Shown: one piece after another, positions 41,914 to 55,300 of the stretch | How positions within the stretch are numbered: the stretch's first letter is position 1 | How the letters are laid out: each line of letters starts with the position of its first letter | Assembly (NCBI RefSeq): GCF_009914755.1 | Contig: NC_060928.1 | Source: the human T2T-CHM13v2.0 reference genome, Homo sapiens | DNA length: 64,000 bases | Reading direction: 5' to 3' (one strand) | The notes under the pieces: generated by a model | The model's input: only the letters and a program-made list of their open reading frames with translations | The model's database searches: none | Told to the model about the DNA's origin: nothing | Made by a program: the position numbers and the translations under genes

Positions 41914-42416
41914 TGTGGGGGCCTATACAGGATATGTAAGAAGGGTGAGTAAATGCGGATCAGCTGGATCTTTCTCTTCACTTCTTTTCCAAGATTTCTT
42001 GTCCTCAGACTTTCCTCTGAGCTATGCTATTTGCAGGGGACAGGATGCAACCCTGTTACCTCTCTCTTCCTGGTGCAAGAAATGTTGGCTCTTTTTACCT
42101 TCATGGGGGTCTGGACTTCGTGTCAGACCAGAATAAAGTCCTGGGGCAACTGTAGGCTACTGGCCAAGGTCACTACTCAGTGTTGCCAGAAGGCCCTTAG
42201 AGGGGCTCCAGTCCCCAACTGCCCATTAGAACATTAACCAAGACCCTAGACTTTTCTGTGGTATCTTTCCCTTTCTTCTTTCACAGTTTGACATGACTCC
42301 TATATCTTTTTTCGTAATAATAAGAGTTTTACTGCAAACAGCAGACATTTTACTAGATAGAATGAGCTTTTGGCCCAGCCATCAGATATGCGATTCAGAA
42401 CAATGTGATTTCCATC

Positions 42417-42952
42417 TGTATTAGTCAGGATTCTCTGAGAGACAGGACTAATATGATACATTGTGTATACGAAAGCAAGTTTATTAAGTAGTACTGACTC
42501 ACACGATCACAAGGTGAAGTCCCACAGTAGGTCATCTGCAAGCCAGTCCAAGTTCCAAAACCTCAAAAGTAAGGAAACCAATAGTACAGCTTTCAGCCTG
42601 TGGCCAAAGGCCTGAGAGCCTCTGGCAAACCACTGGTGTAAGCCCAAGAGTCCAAAAGCTGAAGAGCTGAGAGTCCAATGTCCAAGGGCAGGAAGCAAAC
42701 AGCATGAGAGAAAGATGGAGGCCAGAAGACTTAGCCAATCTCGTCCTTCCATATTCATCTGCCACCTTTTATCCTAGCCATGCTGGCAGCTGATTAAATG
42801 GTGCCCACCCAGACTGAAGGTGGGTCTGCCTCTCCCAGTCCACTGACTGAAATGTTAATCTTCTTTGGCAACACTCTCAGAGACACACACTGGAACAATA
42901 CTTTACATCCTTCAATCCAATCAAAAGTTGATACTCGATATTAACCATCACA
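42417..42952 (-). mobile_element. MLT2 LTR (3' LTR of HERV-L)
   Basis: tgtattagtcaggattctc ... tattaaccatcaca, antisense MLT2 termini. Confidence 0.88.
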
Positions 42953-45900
42953 AGTCCACCTCTTGTCAACTTGAACTCATATACTTCTCCTGAAATTATA
43001 CATAATTTTCAAATAAAGACAATAATAAGGTCTTAATTATGCCTTACATAGTACAGCTATCCTTTTGCAACTGGAAACACACCAATCCCCAACCCAAATG
43101 CTATTACATAAAGTTAACAACACTTAGATGCTGATATGAAGTCAATAAACCTTATGTCACATGATAAAGAAAAAAAAGAAAATGAAAATATTTTCTTAGT
43201 CAAGTGTATACATGCACAAACATGTTCTTGACAAAATAAGGAGAAAATACTCATGACAATTACAGTCCTCATCTCTGCATCTAGTCATGTGTTCTTAGCT
43301 GGTATTGATGACTACTTCTACTACCCATTCTGTATTCCCTTTGCCTTCAGCAAGCACTTCAGCAGGTTGTGGTTTTTTACCTGGTAGAGTGACCCAAACC
43401 TTTATTCCTGAAGGTTCTGGGCCATTTGTAGTCCTGTCTGGATTGGGCCGTTGTAGTTTCCCATTGACCTTTATCATAGGGCATGGTAATACTAAGAGAC
43501 ACCCTAAGGGATCTCCTGTATTCCATGTGCACTCTTCCTTACCTCCATTGTGGAGTAGTAGGCTGATTTCATCTTGATGGTCTGAGTCAGTCACCCCAGC
43601 CAACAATGTAACTCCTTTCTTAGCCTGTTGACTTAGAGGTAGGAGGAACCCAAGGTGGCCAGGTGACAATCTTAACTTCCAGTTTAATGAAATCATAGTT
43701 GTGTCTCCTGGTGGCAGCATTCCTCCCTCTAGAACTAAGACCTCTAGGCCAGCAAAACATAATGTCATGGGAACAGGAAGCAAAAATTTCCTAGTGGGTC
43801 ACTAGGGGTGATGATGAGTGGTGCCACTTCCACTTCCATCCCTTGATTCCTGGACCTGTAAATCCTGGCTATGGGAGAAACTGTACCATATATTGGACAC
43901 TAATTCAGAGCATACACAGCCTTCTGAAGAACTTTGCCTCAGCCATGCAAAGTATTGTCACCTAGTTGGCATTGTAATTGTGACTTCGAAAGGCCATTCT
44001 ACTGTTCTATCAATCCAGCTGCTTCAGGATGATGGATAACATGGTAAATCCAGTGAATCCCATGAGCATGAACCCACTGTCACACTTCTTTAGCTGTAAA
44101 GTGAGTGCCTTGGTCAGAGGCAATGCTGTGTATAATACCATGATGGTGGATGAAATATTTTGTGAGTCCACAGATGGTGGTCTTGGCAGAAGCATTGGTG
44201 CAGGATAGGAAACCCATATCCCAAATAAGTGTTTATTCCAGTGAGGACAAACTGCTGCTCTTTCCGTGATGGAAGAGGTCCAGTATAATCAACTTGCCAC
44301 CAAGTAGCTTGCTGATCACCCCAAGAAATGGTGCCATATTGAGGGCTCAGAGTTGATCTCTGCTGCTGGCAAATTGGGCACTCAACAGCAGTCGTAGCTG
44401 GGTCAGCCTTAGTGAGTGGAAGTCTATGTTACTGAGCCCATGTGTAACCTCCATCCCTGCCACCATGGCCACTTTGCTCACGGGCCCATTGGGCAATGAC
44501 AGGGTGGCTGGGGAAAGAGGCTGAGTGGTATCCACAGAACGAGTCGTCCTATCCACCTGATTATTAAAATGCTCCTCTGCTAAGGTCACCCTTCAGTGAA
44601 CACTCACATGAGATACAAATATCTTTACAGTGTTTGACCACTCAGAGAGGTCCACACACATATCTCTTCCCCAAATTTGTCACCAATTTTCCAATCATGC
44701 TTCTTCCAAGTCCCTGACCATCTGGCCCAACCATTGGCTACAGCCCATAAACCAATATATAATTGGACATCTGGCCATTTCTTCTTCCAACCAAAGTGCA
44801 CAACCAGGTACACTTCTTGAAGTTCTGCTCACTGGGAAGATTTCCCTTTGCCATTGTCCTTTAGGAATGTCCTTGAAAGGGGCTGTAGTGCTGCAGCTGT
44901 CCACATTCAGATGGTGCCTGCATATCATGGAGAGCTATCTGCAAACAGGGAACTTGTCTTCTCTTCCTCAGTCAATTGATCATAGGTAACTCCCCATGAG
45001 GCCATCGCTGAAGGCTGGGGGAGAGAAGGCAGGGTGGCAGGAGTGGGGACCATGGTCATTTGAGCCACTCTTTCATGTAACTTGCTTGTGACCTCAGGAC
45101 TTGCTCAAGCCCGATCACGTATACACCACTTCCATTTAATGATGGAATGCTGCTGTGCATACCTCACTTTGTGGCTAAATGGATCAGAAAGTACCCAGTT
45201 TATGATAGGCATTTCAGGTCGCATGGTGACTTGATAACCCATAGTCAAATGTTCAGTTTCTACCAAAGCCCAGTAACAGGCCAAAAGCTGTCTCTCAAAA
45301 GAAGAGTAGTTATCTACAGAAGATGGCAGGTCCTTGCCCCGAAACCTTAGAGGCCTCTGCTGTGATTCACCTATAGGGGCCTGCCAAAGCTCCAAACAGC
45401 ATCCCTATCTGCCACTGACACCTCAAGCACCGTTGGATCTGCTGGGTCATATGGCCCAAGTGGCAGAGCAGCTTGCACAGCAGCCTATACCTGTTGCAGA
45501 GCCTTCTCCTGTTATGGACCCCATTCAATTCTAGGAGCCTTCCAGGTCACTCAATAAATGGGCTGGAGTAAGACACTCAAATGAGTAATGTGTTGCCTCC
45601 AAAATCCAAATAGGCCTACTAGGCATTATGCCTCTTTATTGGTTGTAGGGGTGGCCAAATGCAGCAACTTATCCTTCACTTTAGAAGGAGTATCTCAACA
45701 GGTCTCACACCACTGGACCCCTGGAAATTTTGCTGAGGTAGAAGTTCCCTGAATTTCAGTCAGTTTTATTTCCCATCCCCTGGCATGCAAATATCTCACC
45801 AATAAGCCCAATGTGTTTGCTACTTATGACCTACTGGATCCAGTCATCCTAATGTCATCAATCTAATGGACCAGTATGATATCTTGTGGAAGGGAAAGGG

Positions 45901-46665
45901 ATTAAGATATCTGCAAACAAGATTATGATGCAAAGCTGGAGAGTAATGGATCCCTGAGGTAGGACAGCTGAAGGCAATTTGCAAGCTGAAGGCAATTTGC
46001 TTCTGGTGGGCCTTGTGGACAAGAAGGGAGGAAAAGGCATTTGCCAAATCAGTGATTGCATACCAGGTACCAGGAGGTGTGTTAATTTGTTCAAGCAATG
46101 AAACCACATCTGGTACAGCAGCTGAAATTGAAGTCACCATTTGATTAAGATTACAGTAATCCACTGTCATTCTCCAAGATCTATCTATCTTCTGTATGGG
46201 CCAAATAGGAGAGTTGAACAGGGATCTGCATCTTTCAAGTCCTTCATGGTGGCACTGATCTCTGCAATCTCTTCAGGGATGCAATATTGTTTTGACTTAC
46301 TATTTTTTTAGGTAGAGGCAGCTCTAATGGCTTCCATTTGAGCTGCCTTTCATTTTCCACCATAATAACCCTCACCCTACCAGTCAGGGAGCCAATGTGG
46401 GGATTCTACCAGCTGCTAAGTATGTCTATGCGAATTATGGATTCTGGCACTGGGGAAATAACCACAGGATGAGTCTGGGTACCCATTGGACTGACTGGAA
46501 GTGGGACATTAGCTAAAACTCCATACATTACCTGACCTACATAAGCCCCTACTTCAACTGGAGGACCACAGTGGCATTTTGGGTTCCCTGGAATGAATGT
46601 CAGCTAAGAGCCAGTGACCAGTATTCCCCAAATAATCTGATCATTTTCCTTTCTGCAATGCACAG
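42953..46665 (-). pseudogene. HERV-L internal remnant: protease-RT-RNaseH-integrase-dUTPase, disrupted
   Basis: ORF-track peptides MTVDYCNLNQ..WYAITDLANAF (RT), YSSFERQLLACYWAL (RT connection), MLPPGDTTMISLNWKLRL (dUTPase, 43295-43783); many stops and frameshifts. Confidence 0.9.
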
Positions 46666-47506
46666 AAAGGCTACAAGAGGTGAACCCCAGAGGCCCCTCT
46701 AGCAATGGAGCCAGCTCCCTCTTGCCTGCTCCTCTTGGTCCACCCCATCCTCCCTATCCAGTTTATCTCTCCTGTTTGCTCCCTCCTAGAAATCCTCACC
46801 CTAGATAAGCCCCAGTCCCACTCTTGCCCCTCCAACAGATGCCTGGTGAATTTGGTCCCTGGTAAGATCCAGGTCCCCTTCCCTCTAAAGGACTTAAGGC
46901 CAATTAAGGGGGATCTTGGCAAGTTTTCACATGATGCTGACAGATGTATAGAGGCTTTCCAGAACTTAACTCAAGTATTTGAACTCTCCTGGGAAGATGT
47001 TATGCTACTTTTGAATCAAAGCCTGACTAACACTGAGAAGCAGGCTACTCTGCAAGTGGCAGAGAGATTTGGGGAATGAGCTTTCTATTACATACAGTGT
47101 CAGGGAAGGGGTCAAACTTTATCCAACTAGAAGAGAAGCAGTACCGTTGGATAACCCTAAATGGGATCTCACTGACAAGATGGGAGAATGGAAGAGGAGA
47201 CACATTCAGGTGTGCATAATGGAGGGATTATGTAGGACTAGAACTAAGCTTCTCAATTATTCTAAGTTATCCATGATAGACCAGGTATTTGATGAGAATC
47301 CCACTGCTCTCCTGGAAAGGTTAAAAGAGGCCTTGGTGAAGCACAACTCTCTACTTCCTGATTCAGTTAAGGGACAACTAATCCTAAAGGATAAATTTAT
47401 TACTCAGGCAGCCCCTGAGATCAGGAGGAAGCTGCAGAAACAGGCCCTGGGACCAGATAGTACTTTAGAGAACCTCCTGAAAGCAGCCACCTGTCTTTTA
47501 CAATAG
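46666..47506 (+). pseudogene. ERV1 gag (capsid) remnant of the host provirus
   Basis: VPFPLKDLRPIKGDLGKFS..FELSWEDVMLLLNQ and DENPTALLERLKEAL (major homology region); frameshifted. Confidence 0.88.
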
Positions 47507-48067
47507 GTCACTGGAATAGATTCTTGAATTTATTACACCCATGTAAATGCCTGGGAAGCTGATGAACCCAAAGAGTACCCAAAGTACCAATATGAAGAGG
47601 TTGGGGACCTCAAGCTAAAAATTACAAAAGATAAGTGTTAAACTTCCATGGATATCCTCTTTATAGTCTTGCCTATGTTCGCTGTTTTTACCTTTATTCT
47701 GTTCTATACTGCAGGATACAATATTGTGTCTAGAAGGAATAGTATATTTTACTTCTTATTTCTGTAAACTTTGTCACCAGATTATCTCCTTTTAACCCCG
47801 TTTTGTATAATACATATATTTGATCCATGCAAACTTATCCCTGTAAAACTTGTTTCTTCTCACCTAAAGGCGATCAAATTCCAAAGGGTCATGTAACTGG
47901 AGCCTCGGACAATGGCTCCCTTTTACCAGAGGCCCTTAGGTAAACCTCTGAGGGAAATCTGACCACTGTTTTCTTCAAAACAGTGTCCCCAGTAAGCAGA
48001 AAGTAGCTAAGATCGGTCATTGTCTGTATTCTAATGGCAGTGAGATGTTCCGCTTTGAAAGGGGAAA

Positions 48068-49018
48068 TGATGGGGAAAGGAGGCAGAGAAATTCTAGGTA
48101 AAAAAGGGCAGGTCCCTGGTGAAGCCCTATCCTCAAGCTGAAAAGCCCGAGACCATGGCCAAAGTGAGAACTGTTTTCCCATGCGAACTTTGCCTTTTCC
48201 TAAGTCACCCATGACCCTGCCCCACCCCATCCTGTGCCTATAATGACTCCAGACTCAGCCAGCAGAGGGAAGAAGCAGCTGGACCTTGGGGACTACAGCT
48301 AGACATTGGAGAGAAGTGGCTTGACTTCAGAGGGATGGCTTGACCACGTAACTTTGGAGAAGAATCCTGCTGAACATGGCTGGACTTCAGGGGAAGATTA
48401 CTTCCCCTTTTCAGCTCTCTTTCCCACTGAGAGCCACTTTCATTGGCAATAAAATCTCCCACATTTACCATCCTTTAAATCATTCATGCGACATCATTTT
48501 CCGTGGACACCTGACAACAGCTTGGGAGCCACAAGTGTGAATACAAAAGGCTTCATACTGGCCCTTTTCCCTCGCTGGCAGAAGGCAGCCACCTCACATG
48601 AAAAGAAAGAAGTCCCACTGAACTATTAACATTTTAGCTGTCTGTGGATGGGAGAGCTAAAAGAATACTGTAACATGTCCTCTGGGACTTCAGGGGTCAC
48701 AGGCACCATCCCATTGATGCTGCTGCAAAGCCCACATGGAGTTTGCTCCTGCCAGTGCCTAAATGTGCTTGCCCTGGCTCCTGCACTCGCTCACCTGTGC
48801 ACTCCCTCCTGAAAGGGGTGGAACACAGCAGGTGCAAGTGAGTGGAGTTTGCTCCTGCTGGCACCAAAGCAGCCAGCTGGTTCCAGGGCTCATGCAATCC
48901 AGTTCCTGCCTCATTTGATAGCGTGCTCCCTCCCACAAGAGTTGAAAGCTGCTGACTGAGTAAATGAGGCACCTCTGTTGTGAGTCCTGTGAAAGGGTCA
49001 GGGAAATATTCTGCTTCA
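48068..49018 (+). mobile_element. 3' LTR (LTR1-family)
   Basis: Homologous to 41000-41913; AATAAA at 48448. Confidence 0.88.
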
Positions 49019-49283
49019 CTACCAAAAGACATGCTTTCATGAGTAGGCTGACAGAACTATTAGGGAGGATAGTTTTATTTCTTCATGTGTTTTCTGGGAA
49101 TCCTTGCTACTTGTGGCATATACATGAGATGGTTTCTCTGTGTCCTTGCATTGGCCATCTCCACCTTAGTGAAGCCAGGTCTGCACCGTTCCTTATTATG
49201 ATTTCTTTTTCTTCCCTTTTTGACACAGTAAGATCACCTGGATGTTGCTCAAAATGATGGCATGTAATAATTTTTAAACATTT

Positions 49284-49328
49284 GGAGATCAGATGAGATT
49301 GGGTGTGTTCAGGATGTATGGCCATAGA
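49284..49328 (-). pseudogene. 5S rRNA 5'-fragment pseudogene (~45 nt)
   Basis: Reverse complement TCTATGGCCATACATCCTGAACACACCCAATCTCATCTGATCTCC vs 5S start GTCTACGGCCATACCACCCTGAACGCGCCCGATCTCGTCTGATCTCG; differences are mostly CpG decay. Confidence 0.85.
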
Positions 49329-50904
49329 GAAGACAAGATATATAATAAATATTATATATTGTATCTTAGATATATGTATCAACTATGTTGATCTATTATC
49401 TATCATCTATCTTTCAAGAATAGAAAATTTATCTTGAACCCACTCCTCTCAAAAAAGAAGTGTGTCAATAAATGTTCAGAAACAATGGTGAGCATGTACC
49501 ATTTTGTTGATAAAATATGTTTTATCTAATTCAGTAGTGCAAGCTATTATTGTCTCTACCACCTCACATGTCCACATGATAAGAAGCAGTCTGAATAGCT
49601 GATGTTAATGTGCCTCAAATTAATTCATGCATTCTTCTTAGGGACTCCTGGTGAGAGTAAAGAAGTGCTATTTATTGAACACCAACAGTGAACACTGTGC
49701 TAAGTGCTGTATTACAAGGGTGTAGGATCATTGTTGTCCATGCTCTTACAGGATAAATAAAAATAAAGCAGTATGGCAGGAACACAGAGAGGAGAGCTCT
49801 GACCTTTGACTCAGGAGCCTTCACTGGTTCCACACACATCACTTAGTGAATAATAATTAAGGTATCTTGAGTGACTCTTCATGAAACAGTTGTAAAACAC
49901 TGTGTTTCTTAAAACTTTCCCCCACTGACTTATGTATTTATTGCTAATTTGTCAAAATCGTCTTCCATTTTGGAAATATAAATAGTTAGTACAACTTTAC
50001 TAATTTATGCTATTTTTAGAAAGCTTCGAAATAGCACCAATTTACTACAAGGACTATGCTGGGGGCTAAACTTTTCCCCTATTCCTAAATTCATATGTTA
50101 AAGTCTTCAACCCGAGTGCCTCAGAATGAATCTCAGACAATATCGCAAATTTTATGATCCTCTAAAAATATTCCACTTGAATTTTCTATGCAGGCTTTAA
50201 AAAATTATTGTTATATCACTGTGAATTGTCTATACTTTGTTAATTTGGATAGATTTTCTGAGTTCCTGGATTTATTTTTGTGACTTTGTACTAATATAGT
50301 CACAAAGCAATATATCACAAGCATTTATGTGGAGATATTTTGAGAACTTGAAAGAAGTTTCAGTTCCCTAACATCCAGGAATAAACAATAATTAAGTAAT
50401 TTTAATGTGTCTGGGTCATTGGGGTTGTAGAAAGAATATAGAAAAAGTTAAGAATGCATTAAAGATTGTCTATATTTTCTCTTTTCACTTGGAATAAATC
50501 TAACTAAATGCTAAATATATTTTAAGTAGATATGTCTTTCTGGATAATTCATGTTGTATTAAGGATTATTATATATACCCAGTAAATTTAATTCCTAATA
50601 TCCTGGGCCCCCAAACATACAGGAAATAAAGATATATAACCTCCCTAAGTGTGTGTTATCTATGTATTTTTATCTACTTATAAAAATTCTTGCTTCATTA
50701 TGACAATAGTAAAATAATGTATTGTAGGCATTTGTTTTTTTTAAATTTTGATTTTAAAATAATATTAGATTTAAAGAAGAGTTGTAAAAATTGTACAGAC
50801 TTCACTTATACACATTTCACTTAACGTCTAATGTTAACATCTTTTATAATCATGGTATATTTATCAAAACTAATATCATATCATCTCTCTTTCTGTCTAT
50901 CTTC

Positions 50905-51189
50905 TTTTTTTTTTAGGAAACAGGGTCTCTCTCGTTGCTCAGGCTGGAGTGCAGTGGCATGATTCTGTTCACTGCAGCCTCAAACTCCTCGGCTGAAACA
51001 ATCCTCCTGCCTGAGGGATGATAAGACTACAAGTGCACACTACCATGCCTGGCTAATTTTTTATTTTTTGTGTGAAATAGAGTCTCATTATGTTGCGTAG
51101 GCTTGTCTTGAACCCCTGGCCCTCAAGCAATTCTCCCACCTGAGCCTCCCAAAGCACTGGGATTACAGGTGTGGGCCACCATGCCTGGC
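50905..51189 (-). mobile_element. AluJ
   Basis: Diverged antisense Alu (acagggtctc, gcagcctcaaactcct). Confidence 0.88.
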
Positions 51190-51336
51190 TTATTTCTCAT
51201 TCCTTAGTCTATTGTGACCTTGACACTTTTGATGAGCATTGGTCAGGTATTTTCTAGAACGTCTCTCAATTTGGGTTTGTCTGACCCCCCAGTTACGGAT
51301 TTTAGGAAAAATTATCACAGAGGTAAAGTGCCCTTC

Positions 51337-52338
51337 TGTAGGGGCCAGCCCCACAGGGTCTGTGAGTCTCTCCCCATGTGCAGCGACGAGAGAGTGTAGA
51401 AATAAAGACACAAGACAAAGAGATAAAAGAAAAGGCAGCTGGGCCCGGGGGACCACTACCACCAATGCGCGGAGACCGGTAGTGGCCCCGAATGTCTGGC
51501 TGTGCTGTTATTTATTGGATACAAGGCAAAAGGGGCAGGGTAAAGAGTGTGAGTCACCTCCAATGATAGGTAAGGTCACGTGGGTCACGTGTCCACTGGA
51601 CAGGGGGCCCTTCCCTGCCTGGCAGCCGAGGCAGAGAGAGAGAGAGGAGACAAAGAGAAAGACAGCTTACGCCATTATTTCTGCATATCAGAGACTTTTA
51701 GTACTTTCACTAATTGACTCCTGCTATCTAGAAGGCAGAGCCAGGTGTACAGGATGGAACATGAAGGCGGACTAGGAGCGTGACCACTGAAGCACAGCAT
51801 CACAGGGAGATAGTTAGGTCCCCGGATAACCGTGGGCAGGCCTGACTGATGTCAGGCCCTCCACAAGAGGTGGAGGAGCAGAGTCTTCTCTAAACTCCCC
51901 CAGGGAAACGGAGACTCCCTTTCCCGGTCTGCTAAGTAGCGGGTGTTGTTCCTTGACACTCTTTGCTACCGCTAGACCATGGTCTGCCTGGCAACGGGCG
52001 TCTTCCCAGACACTGGCGTCATGTCTAGACAAAGGAGCCCTTCTGGTGGCCCTGTCTGGGCACAACAGAAGGCTTGCACTCTTGTCTTCTGGTCACTTCT
52101 CACTATGTCTCCTCAGCTCCTATCTCTGTATGGCCTGGCTTTTCCTAGGTTATGATTATAGAGTGAGGATTATTATAATATTGGAATAAAAAGTAATTGC
52201 TACAAACTAATGATTAATGATATTCATATATCTAAGATCTATATCTGGTATAACTATTCTTGTTTTATATTTTATTATACTGGAACAGCTCGCGTCCTCG
52301 GTCTCTTGCCTCGGTGCCTGGGTGGCTTGCCACCCACA
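51337..52338 (-). mobile_element. Solo LTR13 (HERV-K13/HML-4 family), 1002 bp
   Basis: Minus strand starts TGTGGGTGGCAAGCCACCCAGGCACCGAGGCAAGAGACCGAGG; perfect 6-bp TSD cccttc (51331-51336, 52339-52344), the size typical of betaretrovirus-like ERVs. Confidence 0.9.
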
Positions 52339-55300
52339 CCCTTCTCATTGCACATGATAAAAACATTACATTTTAACTGGTGATGTTAACATTGATCATG
52401 TGGTTAAAGTGCTGTCAGGCAAGTTTCTTCTTTGTAATGTTACTATATTGGCTTTCTATACTCTATGTGTTAGAAAGGAGTCACTAAGTGTATTCCACAC
52501 TCAAGGGGCTGGAAATTAAGTTCCACCTTAAAGAATTTGTGGTCACATGTTCAAATCAAAACAATAATTAACAAATATTTTAGAGAAAATACTTTGAGGC
52601 TATTGGCATTTACTTTTAATACCTTTATTAAATATAATTTGTATTAAAACTACAATTTTTAAAAGTTCTAAATTACATTGCAATTTTATAGACTAATCAT
52701 CATAGCTAACACTGGGTGCTTATTCTGTGCCAGGCATTGTTCTAAGTGTTCTACCTTTATTGTAACTCTATGAGGTAATTACTATTATTTTTTATGTTAG
52801 ATAAACATGCTGAAGTGAAGAGAACTTATATAATGTACTCATTATTATATGGCTAGGAAGCTACAGAGCTGGGATTCAAACCTAGAAAGTGTCAGTCTGG
52901 TACAAAGTCTGATTTTTCCTGTCAAACATTATTCTACCTTGCCTTTCTATGAGATAAATAAGTAAAAAGATACATGAAAGTATATTGAAATAAGAGAACA
53001 TGTATATAATATTGAGCAGTAAGGCTTGACACTCCGGATAGATGTAAAATAAATTGTAAAACATTTCTATTGAGATTCAGTGGAATTCAAAGTGTCATCT
53101 AAACAGTCTAACATTCATCTTAACACAGTGAAAATTTCATTCATCTGCAGTAGGTATTTAGAATATATAAGTATTTGGAATATACAGGTATCTAAAATAT
53201 GACCGCTACTCATCAGTTAAAGAATCCCAGACTCCAATAGAAAAATGGACAAGAATATGAATAGGCAATTCACAGAAACTTAATAGATACTTAGTTTCAT
53301 TAGTTATCAAAAAAAATCAAACTTAAACCACTATGAGATAGCATTGCATATCCATCAGATGGTCAACAACTGGTAAATCTGGTAACACTGAATTTTGGTG
53401 AGGATATGGGAAAATGGAAATTCAGACATGGCTGGGGTAAATATAAATGCACATAACTTTGGAAATTGGCAATATCTAGTGAAAGCTGAAGATATGCAGA
53501 ACTTACCCCAGCATTATCCCTTCTGCGTCTGCACTAGAGAAATCTTCAACCATGTACATAAGAAATTGCTATAAGGATGCTTGTGAAGCAGTGTTGGTAA
53601 TAGCAAAAACTATTGAACCTCAGGAGTAAAATTCATAAACAGTGCAATGATAGAGTTAAAATGAAACTACTCAATCTAACTGGTTAAACAAGGGTAAACC
53701 TTTAAACATACTTCTGAGTAAAAAAGAATACAAAATGCTACATCCAGTACAATGTCATTCACGTAGATGTTAAGCACTAAATACTATATAGAGAAACATG
53801 AATCTATGGTAAAAGTTCAGAACACTAAAGAGAATGATACTATCATCACAGGATTTGAATAGTGAAGAGAGAAAACTGGCGAATGGGACTTTAGAGTCTA
53901 TGTATTTTTTAATTAAAAAAGATTGGAATCAATTATAATCAAATATTAATAGAGCTAATCTCAGAGGTGGGTAGATAGGTAATGGTTATATGCACATATA
54001 TTTTACTTTTTTGAATAAAATGCTTTATAATTGAGGTCTAAAAGGGTAATATGTGTGGAATTTTTTTTTTGGCAGGGGAAAATAAGGGGATTTAAATCAT
54101 TTCTTCATCAAAAATCCCTTTGAACTTTTATTTGCCAAACTTCCTTCTTCCTTGTTATGAAGATTAGTAACTCCAAACCATATTCACTTCTGCGGTTTCA
54201 TTCTGAAAAAAGAAAATTTGGCTGGTTTAGATAAAGCATTCCATTAACCTACATTCTGAACTAGATGTTCTAAAAGGAAGTTATTATTTTCTCTGGCAGA
54301 GATGAAGGGAAAAGCCAAAACATTTTGATGTTGACACAGCTTTTGGAGAAGTGCCAAAAAGGTCACTGAGTCTGTGATCCTTCATGGTGTCCGCAATGTG
54401 GGCCTTGCAATGATCCCAGTCCTGCTTACCACAGGGTGCAGGTGTCTTTGGAGCTGAGTAGAAACATTCTGAAAACATGCATGTTGCTGTCCCTGGATAA
54501 ATGCTTAATACTTAATGCACTGCTTTTCCTTGGTCTCAAAATTGTTCTTAAACTTACTTTGTGTGGCTATCTCAATGTTTATAAGCCAAAGAAAGCCAGC
54601 TACCTATTGCTTACTGATGGTACACTGCATGTTAATTTATTATTTTTGGCTTACCTAATACATTTATATTTTATAAAATGGATATTTTTTGAAGGTATAA
54701 TTGTGTCAAAGTGTGCACTTTTGGGTGGAGAAGCAAAAGCTTTGTCTCCATATATAAAGATGATGGATCCTATCTTACATACTTATCTTCAATACCTTTA
54801 CTGTCACTGAATAAATGTTCCTTAGCACTTACCATGGCAGTTTTATTAAACACAAAAATGTATGATCTTTTTCAGAGGTTAAAAAAAGTATAATCTGTAT
54901 TATTTGAAACATTAGTAAACCAAAGAAATGCTTACTGAAAATTATGGTTCAATGCCTAAAATGTCTATTTAATTTGTTTTACATAAAGCCTCCAGAAGGT
55001 GGATACAGTTGATTTTAAGTTAATTAATCTCATAAATCATTGTAAAATAAACAAAAGATTATAAATACAGTAATTTTGATAATCTGCTTTAAGTTACTAG
55101 AGAAATATTAAAAGCATGCACTTTTGCTTTTTGATATACTTAATTTGAAGTAAATAATGCATGTTGAGCCAAAACAAATACAACTTTACCTCTGAATCGT
55201 ATTTTAAGATTAAGGGGAAAAAGCCATAAAATAATTAACATATTTTCATTTCTCTATATTTTAAATTGATAAAATTTTATTTCAATAATGATGAAAAGTC

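Larger units (their letters stand above)
41000..49018 (+). mobile_element. Defective LTR1/HUERS-P2-like ERV1 provirus with two LTRs and 4-bp TSD CTAC
   Basis: TG..CA LTRs at 41000-41913 and 48068-49018; TSD ctac 40996-40999 / 49019-49022; tRNA-Pro-like PBS tgggggcctatacaggat 41916-41933 (13/18); PPT gaaaggggaaa before 48068. Confidence 0.88.
50733..52605 (-). mobile_element. L1MC 3' fragment interrupted by an Alu and LTR13
   Basis: ccttgacacttttgatgagcattggtcaggtattt..., ggtgatgttaacattgatca..., aatactttgaggctat. Confidence 0.65.

Noticed and set aside
43295-43783. 162-aa dUTPase-like ORF as a domesticated gene
   Set aside because: Part of a heavily mutated HERV-L with no 5' LTR; nothing in the sequence shows selection or expression
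51239-51775. 178-aa ORF
   Set aside because: Lies on the antisense strand of LTR13; no protein-family signal
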